Shown piece after piece: positions 17,483 through 26,133 of a stretch of DNA of 64,000 bases; the stretch's first letter is position 1, and the number at the start of each line of letters is the position of its first letter. Under the pieces are notes generated by a model, which had not been told where the DNA came from, ran no database searches, and saw only the letters and a program-made list of their open reading frames with translations. A program made the position numbers and the translations under genes. The DNA comes from Escherichia coli (GTDB lineage Bacteria > Pseudomonadota > Gammaproteobacteria > Enterobacterales > Enterobacteriaceae). The stretch lies in NCBI RefSeq assembly GCF_024223415.1, contig NZ_CP100500.1, one strand, 5' to 3'.

Positions 17483-18574
17483 ATGAAAGAGCTGTCAGTT
17501 ACCGTTCCGTCACCGGATATCGACATCACCATCAACAACAACACACTGGCAAACCTCACAGAGCGACTCATGACGCTGACCCTGACGGATAACCGGGCCT
17601 TTGAGGCAGACCGCGTCACCCTCACCCTTGACGATACGGACGGGCAGTTACAGTTGCCACCACGTGGCGCACGCCTGAGAGTGATGATTGGCTGGCGAGG
17701 AGAATCACTGGTTAACAAGGGCACCTACGTCGTTGATGAGGTTGCGTGGGAAGGACCTCCAGATAAACTGATCATCACCGCCAGCAGCGCAGATTTTCGG
17801 GAAGAGTTCAACGTGAGGCGGGAGGTATCCTGGCACGACGTGACCGTAAAACAGGTTGTGTCAGCCATCGCTCACCGCTACGGCCTGAAGACACAGATAA
17901 GCGAAATCCTCATGGATATCGAAATTGACCACGCTGACCAGACCGAAGAGAGCGATATATCCTTCCTGACCCGCATGGCTGAAATGCTGGGTGCGATTGC
18001 CACCGTAAAAAACGGCAGCCTGTTATTCATTCTGCCGGGTGGCGGAACCGGGCCGGACGGAAGAGCCCTGCCTTCGTTCGCCATTACCCGCAGCAGCGGC
18101 GACAGTCACCGCTTTCGCATTGCTGACCGTGATGCGTATACGGGGGTCCGGGCGCACTGGCTCGATCTGAAGTTCGGGCAAAAGAAAAAAGTGAACGTGA
18201 AGCGACGCAGGGAAGCCGGGAAACAGAAACAGGAGAAGAGCAGCAGCCGGGAGGGTGATTACATGGAAGGCGCGGAAGGGAACGTCTACGTTCTGCGCAG
18301 GACTTACCAGAATGAAGAAACCGCACGACGTGCAGCTGCGGCAAAGTGGCAGGAGTTACAGCGGGGAGCAGCGGCATTCTCCATCACTCTGGCACGGGGT
18401 CGTGCCGACCTGTACCCCGAAATGCACGGCAGGGTAACAGGTTTTAAAAGCGAGGTGGACAATCAGGACTGGATTATTGCCAGGGTGGAGCACATCATAG
18501 ATGAAAGCGGCTTCACCACACAACTGGAGCTGGAAGCGAAAATCCCCGAATGGATAGCAGATTCAGGCGGATAA
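17483..18574 (+). CDS. Tail protein D (P2 gpD-like late control protein)
   Basis: ATG 17483 with GGAGAG upstream; 363 aa. Confidence 0.7.
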   Translation: MKELSVTVPSPDIDITINNNTLANLTERLMTLTLTDNRAFEADRVTLTLDDTDGQLQLPPRGARLRVMIGWRGESLVNKGTYVVDEVAWEGPPDKLIITASSADFREEFNVRREVSWHDVTVKQVVSAIAHRYGLKTQISEILMDIEIDHADQTEESDISFLTRMAEMLGAIATVKNGSLLFILPGGGTGPDGRALPSFAITRSSGDSHRFRIADRDAYTGVRAHWLDLKFGQKKKVNVKRRREAGKQKQEKSSSREGDYMEGAEGNVYVLRRTYQNEETARRAAAAKWQELQRGAAAFSITLARGRADLYPEMHGRVTGFKSEVDNQDWIIARVEHIIDESGFTTQLELEAKIPEWIADSGG

Positions 18575-18617
18575 AATTAAAATGAGCCATCTCCACTCAG
18601 CCAGATAAGGAGAAGCC

Positions 18618-18869
18618 ATGTTCCGTTGTCCCCTATGCGGTGCATCCGCACGTATCCGCACCAGTCGCAATGAAAATGATTCAGGCACAGTTCGCCTGAA
18701 GTACTACCAGTGCAATAACCTCGAATGCGGGATCGGCTTTACCACACTGGAGGGTTTTAACAAATTCACATCAAAACGCGCCCCGTCGCCGCAGGGTACA
18801 GAGCGGATACCGTGGGAAGATTTTCCGGGATCTCACAGGGGGAATACTCAGATTAATCTTGATATTTAA
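18618..18869 (+). CDS. ogr: Ogr/Delta-family zinc-finger late-gene activator
   Basis: 83 aa; CPLC...C(x4)C arrangement MFRCPLCGASARIRTSR...YYQCNNLECG; last gene before prophage junction. Confidence 0.75.
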   Translation: MFRCPLCGASARIRTSRNENDSGTVRLKYYQCNNLECGIGFTTLEGFNKFTSKRAPSPQGTERIPWEDFPGSHRGNTQINLDI

Positions 18870-18980
18870 GAACAATAATCAGGTTGAGAGGACATCATAA
18901 GGCAAGTAGATTAACGGCAGATACTTTCCCGCAACCACGGGCAAGTATTTAATTATCCATGATGAAATATGACCTAAATT

Positions 18981-19014
18981 GTTTTTTGCCCGCCGGAAAG
19001 CGGGCATTTTTTTA
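18981..19014 (+). terminator. Intrinsic terminator, candidate prophage attR core
   Basis: gcccgc cggaaa gcgggc hairpin flanked by T runs on both sides; same element recurs 7 more times downstream. Confidence 0.6.
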
Positions 19015-19227
19015 TTCTTTTGTGGTTATGGGGTCATCAGGAACCACGTGCAGATTATATTTTTGTTTTTTTGGCGTTCCTCCGGCAGCAACGAGTTCAT
19101 CAATAAGACACTGACACGCCTGAACATCCCGGGCATGTCTTAGTTTCACCTTTATTGATTTAACCTTATCCTCACCGGAGGAGAAATGCAGTTCAATCTC
19201 AATATCGTTTCTTCGGAACAATCTCAT
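19012..19227 (-). CDS. Hypothetical small protein (71 aa) in module M
   Basis: ATG at 19227 preceded by AGGGGG; intact only in this copy, truncated or degenerate in the other two M copies. Confidence 0.25.
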   Translation of the reverse strand: MRLFRRNDIEIELHFSSGEDKVKSIKVKLRHARDVQACQCLIDELVAAGGTPKKQKYNLHVVPDDPITTKE

Positions 19228-19398
19228 ACGCCCCCTGAATATATCAGAAATACTAGTATCGAAAAATGAGAAAACAGTTAGACAGGAGAAACATATTAAC
19301 ACAAATCATTTATACCTATAGATGAAATTATAATTTCATTCATGAATATGATAGATAACTATATTGTGAACAAAATGAAAAATGGCTAAATTAAAAAT

Positions 19399-19478
19399 GG
19401 GCATGGAGGAATGCCCGGTTATCAATATAATGTGACGTAGATCATTGTTTTGCCCGCCGGAGAGCGGGCATTTTTTTT
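19399..19478 (+). ncRNA. Candidate small RNA S1
   Basis: Promoter-like TTGTGA(19364)-N17-TAAATT(19387), about 80-nt unit with internal hairpin gggcatggaggaatgccc, ends in intrinsic terminator. Confidence 0.35.
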
Positions 19479-19678
19479 GCGCCTGCCATCGAGGCGCCTT
19501 CCCTGGCGCACACAAAGCAGCCCTGATTTTCCATGAAAACTTCAGGGTTGAGCTGCGGGCACAAAGTGAGTAGATTAGCTACGGGTACCTCCCCCTGACA
19601 ACAGGAAGGGTGTCCATTATCCATGATATACAAACGAAAAGTCTTGTTTTTTGCCCGCCGAAGCGCGGGCATTTTTTT
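19479..19678 (+). ncRNA. Candidate structured RNA U1 (about 200 nt)
   Basis: Bounded by two terminators; internal hairpins gcgcct..aggcgc, ccctga..tcaggg, ccttcc..ggaagg; 4 copies in window. Confidence 0.3.
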
Positions 19679-19723
19679 ATGCATCAGACAAGATACAGCC
19701 CACCCCAACTGACACCTGAAATA

Positions 19724-19752
19724 TTGCCGCAACAAAAAGAAACAGTTAAATT
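19724..19752 (+). promoter_or_regulatory. Sigma70-like promoter for hok1 transcript
   Basis: TTGCCG-N17-TAAATT, about 145 nt upstream of hok1 ATG. Confidence 0.4.
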
Positions 19753-19804
19753 ACGCGCGGGTGCCTTTCGGCTGATGGCCGGAGGGAAAACCTGAAGGCC
19801 GGAT

Positions 19805-20038
19805 GTGGAAAGGCCCCGGAAAACATTTCTGTTTAACCGAGGCCCTAACCGCATTACCTTGACAAGTGAAAGGTTAGCGCCTCTCCGGAAAAGGAGCAAG
19901 TGCTATGTCGCAAAAATCGCTTACGGCCATCACGTTCTGCGTGACGGCAATCCTCATCATCTGGATATTGCACGGTTCGCTGTGCGAAATACGGATGAGC
20001 TTCTGGGGAGCGGAGTTTGCGGCGTTCTTACAATGTAA
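19805..20038 (+). CDS. mok-like overlapping reading frame
   Basis: 77-codon frame overlapping hok1 in a different frame, as in hok/mok loci. Confidence 0.3.
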   Translation: MERPRKTFLFNRGPNRITLTSERLAPLRKRSKCYVAKIAYGHHVLRDGNPHHLDIARFAVRNTDELLGSGVCGVLTM

Positions 20039-20045
20039 GAAGTAA
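19905..20045 (+). CDS. Hok/Gef-family type I toxin (46 aa)
   Basis: MSQKSLTAITFCVTAILIIWILHGSLCEIRMSFWGAEFAAFLQCKK: TM helix plus SLCEI..AAFL.CK signature; AAGGAG 8 nt upstream. Confidence 0.6.
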   Translation: MSQKSLTAITFCVTAILIIWILHGSLCEIRMSFWGAEFAAFLQCKK

Positions 20046-20133
20046 GGAAACCGCGACGGGGGAGCAATCCCCCGTCAATCGGTTGCCAGGGTAAGGTCGA
20101 TAAGGCACCCTATCTCACAGACATGAACAAACA

Positions 20134-20167
20134 AACCCGCAGCATAAAAACTGCGGGTTTTCTTTTT
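20134..20167 (+). terminator. Intrinsic terminator after hok1
   Basis: cccgcag cataaaaa ctgcggg followed by ttttcttttt. Confidence 0.5.
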
Positions 20168-20571
20168 GGTGTCCTCACCGACTTGAAACAGTGATCAGAC
20201 TATAAGACAAAGCCCGCAATGTTGCGGGCTTACTCTACCTCTCGAAAATGTGGTCACTGCGTGGACATACGCTGATACAAATCCTTTATATCAATAAATT
20301 AAATCTTTGTTTTTTTCATCAACAATGATTTAACCTTATCCTCACCGGAGGAGAAATGCAGTTCAATCTCAATATCGTTTCTGTGGAACAGCCTCATAAG
20401 ACAACCTCCTGAATTCATCAGAAACACAGTCAACTGAAAACCAGAAAGCAGACAAACAGTGGACACACATTAATACAAATCATTTATACCTATAGATGAA
20501 ATTGCAGTTTCATCTATAACATGACAGGTAACAATATTGTGAAAAAACTCAAAACTCGTTAGATTAAAGAC

Positions 20572-20651
20572 GGACAGAGCAATGCTACTTTATCAATAAC
20601 ATGTAACCTGTACTTCCTTATTTTGCCCGCCGAAGCACGGGCATTTTTTTT
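20572..20651 (+). ncRNA. Candidate small RNA S2
   Basis: TTGTGA(20537)-N17-TAGATT(20560), terminator at 20625-20651; central region differs from S1. Confidence 0.3.
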
Positions 20652-20849
20652 GCGCCTGCCATCGAGGCGCCTTCCCTGGCGCACACAAAGCAGCCCTGAT
20701 TTTCCATGAAAACTTCAGGGTTGAGCCAAAAGCACAAAGACAGTAGATTAACCACGGGTGCCTTCCACCTGACAACAGGAAGGGTGTCCAGTATCAATGA
20801 CAGACAACTCACATTGCTGTTTTGCCCGCCGGAAAGCGGGCATTTTTTT
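20652..20849 (+). ncRNA. Candidate structured RNA U2
   Basis: Copy of U unit ending in terminator 20821-20849. Confidence 0.3.
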
Positions 20850-21219
20850 ATTCTTTTGTGGTTATTGGGTCATCAGGAACAACATGCAGATTATGCTTTG
20901 ATTTTTTTGGTGTTATTACAGCAGCAACGAGTTTATTAATAAGACACTGACATGCCTGAACATCCCTGACATATCATAATATCACTTTATTTTTTTAGCT
21001 TGTCCTTTCTGGAGCAGAAATATCTCAACATCGTTTCTGTGGAACAACCTCATTTGCCCTTGAATGTATCATAAATATCAGCATCGGAAAACCAACAGCA
21101 ATACAGAAGAAACATGTTAATGCAAATCACTTATACCTATAGATGAAATTACAGTTTTGTTCATAAATATGATAAGTAACTATATTGTGAATAAAATGAA
21201 AACTAGCTAAATTAAACGT

Positions 21220-21300
21220 GGGCATGGTGGAATGCCTCGTAATCAATAATACATGATCCGTACTTCCTTGTTTTGCCCGCCGGAAAGCGGGCATTTTTTT
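21220..21300 (+). ncRNA. Candidate small RNA S3
   Basis: TTGTGA(21185)-N17-TAAATT(21208), hairpin gggcatggtggaatgcc, terminator to 21300. Confidence 0.3.
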
Positions 21301-21497
21301 GGCGGTTACCATCGCCTCACCTTCCTGGTTCACATGAAGCAACCCTGATTTTCCATGAAAACTTCAGGGTTGAGACAAAAGCACAAAGACAGTAGATTAA
21401 CCACGGGTACCTTCCACCTGACAACAGGAAGGCTGTCCAGTATCAATGACAGACAACTCACATTGCTGTTTTGCCCGCCGGAAAGCGGGCTTTTTTT
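21301..21497 (+). ncRNA. Candidate structured RNA U3
   Basis: Copy of U unit, terminator 21469-21497. Confidence 0.3.
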
Positions 21498-21698
21498 GGC
21501 AGTTATCATAGCCGCACCTTCCTGGCACATATGAAGCAACCCTGATTTTCCATGAAAACTTCAGGGTTGAGACAAAAGCACAAAAACAGTAGATTAACCA
21601 CGGGTGCCTGCCACCTGACAACAGGAAGGGTGTCCATTATCCATGATATACAAACGAAAAGTCTTGTCTTTTGCCCGCCAAAGCGCGGGCATTTTTTT
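21498..21698 (+). ncRNA. Candidate structured RNA U4 (hok-associated subtype)
   Basis: Copy of U unit with the same 3' end as U1, terminator 21671-21698. Confidence 0.3.
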
Positions 21699-21909
21699 AT
21701 GCATCAGACAAGATACAGCCCACCCCAACTGACACCTGAAATATTGCCGCAACAAAAAGAAACGGGTGCCTTTCGGCTGATGGCCGGAGGGAAAACCTGA
21801 AGGCCGGATGTGGAAAGGCCCCGGAAAACATCTGTGTTTAACCGAGGCCTGACCCTTCCTACCGTGACAAGTGGAAGGTTAGCGCCTCTTTGTAAAAGGA
21901 GCAAGCGCT

Positions 21910-22050
21910 ATACCGCAAAAAACGATTATTGTTGGCATTTTATGCCTGACAATAACCCTGGTCATCTGGATGGTCCACGATTCGTTATGTGAATTCAGCT
22001 TTGATATCTGGGGAGCGCGTTTTGCGGCGTTCTTGCAGTGTAAACCGTAA
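21910..22050 (+). pseudogene. Hok-family toxin remnant: start codon ATA, promoter -10 deleted
   Basis: Frame encodes PQKTIIVGILCLTITLVIWMVHDSLCEFSFDIWGARFAAFLQCKP after AAGGAG, but first codon is ATA and an in-frame TAG lies 10 codons upstream. Confidence 0.55.
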
Positions 22051-22200
22051 GAAACCGCAGCGGGGGAGAAATTCCCCGCTATCCGGTTGTTGGGGTGGGC
22101 CGATATGGCGCCCTTTCCCTGTAGAGACAAAACAAAAAACCAGATTTGCCCGCCATTGAGAGGGCTTTTTTGTCACCCTCACCAGTGAGGGCATCATCAT

Positions 22201-22428
22201 TCAGAGGCGCGTAAGCCACCCGGCGTTAACATCCTGCCTGTCAACCCTGGCCGCAGAGTCTGAACGGCAGGTACCGGAAGGAGTACCAAAAACATCCCTG
22301 ACAAGTTCCGCCACCTTCCCGATATCATCAGGTGTCACATTCCTCACCTCGGCAGTGATCCGTGGCGTACCATCATCGTTAACAAGAGTGGCTTTAAAGC
22401 TGGTGCGAAGGGAAAACAACATCAACAT
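22201..22428 (-). CDS. Hypothetical protein (75 aa)
   Basis: ORF only; no recognisable motif. Confidence 0.2.
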   Translation of the reverse strand: MLMLFSLRTSFKATLVNDDGTPRITAEVRNVTPDDIGKVAELVRDVFGTPSGTCRSDSAARVDRQDVNAGWLTRL

Positions 22429-22626
22429 CCCCTCCCTTTGGTTCGTTGCACTGACGGCACGACACCATCAGGAAAAAGAAAAGCCCACAACGTCAGTATT
22501 GTGGACTTTTTTCTTCAAAGATGGACATTATCTGGACACATGAAAATAAAATCCATTTATTTTCATATAGTTAAGTACCATGCAAAAGCGCCCGCAGGCG
22601 CTTTTTAGATTCAGAAAAATTAGGTA

Positions 22627-23940
<1,314 letters not shown>

Positions 23941-24009
23941 TTAAATGGGAGATGTGGCCACAGCCTGCGACCACAGGGATACAGTAACAACATTACCGCA
24001 ACGATAACA

Positions 24010-25353
24010 TTAACGGTAGCGTTTTATGGGGCTATTTTGATCCTGTTCAGCCAGCCAGGCGAGCTTTTCGCCAATCTTGCCTTCAAGGCCCCTGTTTGTC
24101 GGGAAATAATAGCGTGTTTGTGCTATTTCCGGCGGGAAGTAAACCTCACCGGCAGCATAAGCGTTTGATTCATCATGAGCGTAACGATATTCCTGCCCGT
24201 AGCCCATTTCCTTCATTAATTTCGTCGGCGCATTACGCAAATGAACCGGCACGTCATAATCCGGGCGTTCGCGAGCATCGGCCAGCGCGGCTTTAAACGC
24301 AGTGTAGACAGCGTTGCTTTTTGGCGCGCAGGCCAGGTAAACAATCGCCTGAGCAATGGCGCGTTCACCTTCCGCCGGGCCAACGCGAGTAAAGCAATCC
24401 CAGGCCGCAATTGCCACCTGCATCGCCCGTGGATCGGCATTACCGACGTCTTCAGACGCTATCGCCAAACAGCGACGCGCGACATATAACGGATCGCCAC
24501 CAGCGGTAATAATTCGCGCATACCAGTAGAGCGCCGCATCGGGTGCGCTACCACGTACCGACTTATGCAGTGCGGAAATCAGATCGTAAAAGCGATCGCC
24601 TTTGTTATCAAAGCGGGCGCTACGTTCACCGGCGATTTCGGTCAGTAATTCAGGCTTCAGGACCCGCTTACCGCTATCATCGACTTCGGCCATATCCGCC
24701 ATCATTTCCAGCGTATTTAACGCCCGGCGCGCGTCGCCATTCACCAGTTCTGCAATGGCACGTCGTGTTTCATCTGGCAGAACAATATCCTGACCACCAT
24801 AGCCACGGGTTTTGTCTTCCATCGCCTGAGTTAGTACTTGCTCAATATCCTCTGTACTCAGGGATTTCAACAGATAAACACGGGCACGGGAAAGCAGTGC
24901 CGAATTAAGCTCAAACGACGGGTTTTCAGTGGTTGCGCCAATAAAAGTGATGGTGCCGTCTTCAATATGTGGCAGAAATGCATCCTGCTGGCTTTTGTTG
25001 AAACGGTGAACTTCGTCAACAAAAAGAATAGTGCGGCGACCTGCATTGCGGTTTTGCCGGGCGCGCTCGATCGCCTCGCGAATCTCTTTCACGCCAGAGG
25101 TGACGGCAGAAATACGTTCCACATCAGCGTTCGCATAGCGGGCAATCACTTCAGCGAGGGTTGTTTTGCCGGTACCCGGTGGCCCCCAGAGGATCATAGA
25201 ATGCAAATGCCCGGCTTCGATAGCGCGCGGCAGCGGCTTCCCCGCAGCCAGCAAATGTTGCTGGCCGATATACTGTGCTAAATTTTCTGGCCGCATACGC
25301 GCGGCCAGAGGTTGAAAAGTATTATCCGAAAAATCGAGCGACAGATTGCTCAC
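24010..25353 (-). CDS. rarA: Replication-associated recombination protein A (AAA+ ATPase)
   Basis: 447 aa; Walker [10 protein letters not shown]; conserved serS-rarA-lolA-ftsK synteny. Confidence 0.93.
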   Translation of the reverse strand: MSNLSLDFSDNTFQPLAARMRPENLAQYIGQQHLLAAGKPLPRAIEAGHLHSMILWGPPGTGKTTLAEVIARYANADVERISAVTSGVKEIREAIERARQNRNAGRRTILFVDEVHRFNKSQQDAFLPHIEDGTITFIGATTENPSFELNSALLSRARVYLLKSLSTEDIEQVLTQAMEDKTRGYGGQDIVLPDETRRAIAELVNGDARRALNTLEMMADMAEVDDSGKRVLKPELLTEIAGERSARFDNKGDRFYDLISALHKSVRGSAPDAALYWYARIITAGGDPLYVARRCLAIASEDVGNADPRAMQVAIAAWDCFTRVGPAEGERAIAQAIVYLACAPKSNAVYTAFKAALADARERPDYDVPVHLRNAPTKLMKEMGYGQEYRYAHDESNAYAAGEVYFPPEIAQTRYYFPTNRGLEGKIGEKLAWLAEQDQNSPIKRYR

Positions 25354-25363
25354 TCAGGTGCCT

Positions 25364-25975
25364 CTACTTACGTTGATCATCTACCGTGACGCCTTGCGGC
25401 GGGGTGAAGGTAAATTTCGCTGCATCCACAGCCCCATTTTGCTGGGATTTCAGCTGATAACTGCTGCGCTGATCGTCCTGCTCCACCGCGCTAAACTGAT
25501 GGATTGTGCCATCACGTCCCACGTTAATGGTGAACTGCTTCAGATTGCCATTGCTGGCTTTCGGCGTCAGGACAAAGTCATCGCCATTCTGTTTGATATT
25601 GTACTGCTGCCAGTCGCTGGACTGGTTGCGGGCAATCAGCATAAACGGCGTATTACCGGTGGCATCTTTCAGCCAGGTTGCCGTAGCTTGCTCAACGAAC
25701 GGGTTATAGAACCACAGTGTTTTACCGTCAGAAACCAGAATGCTTTCATCAGGTTGTGTCATATGCCAGTTGAATAAGTTTGGACGTTTCACCCACAGAT
25801 CGCCCTGACCTTCCTGCACCGCCGCGCCGCTACCGTCAGTCACTTTTTGTGTGAAGCTGGCGTGGAAGCTGCTGACTTTATCCAGGCGGCTTTTCAGATC
25901 GCTTGCGGCATCAGCCCAAACGCTGCTTGCTACTAAGCTTGAGAGTAATGCACAGGTGATGGCAATTTTTTTCAT
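25364..25975 (-). CDS. lolA: Outer-membrane lipoprotein carrier protein LolA
   Basis: 203 aa from [21 protein letters not shown] signal peptide. Confidence 0.93.
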
Positions 25976-26133
25976 CATTATTCCTCAAATTACGTCACTC
26001 CCGATCGGGAGTTCCCTCTACTCTCTATTCCAGGCTAATAATCAGCTTGAGGAAAGAAGAAAATACTGAATTTTCAGTTGATAGAGTGCCGGATGCGACG
26101 CTACCGCGCCTTATCCGGCATACGATGCATTAA

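Larger units (their letters stand above)
18981..22200. repeat. Modular repeat array (modules M, S, U, H) between prophage and serS
   Basis: Eight copies of the same terminator; units recur at 19.0/20.3/20.85 kb (M), 19.36/20.54/21.19 kb (S), 19.48/20.65/21.30/21.50 kb (U), 19.7/21.7 kb (H). Confidence 0.85.

Noticed and set aside
18981-22200. Possible CRISPR array suggested by regularly spaced repeats
   Set aside because: Repeat units are 80-200 bp modules with promoter and terminator features, not 28-37-bp repeats separated by unique spacers; no cas genes nearby.
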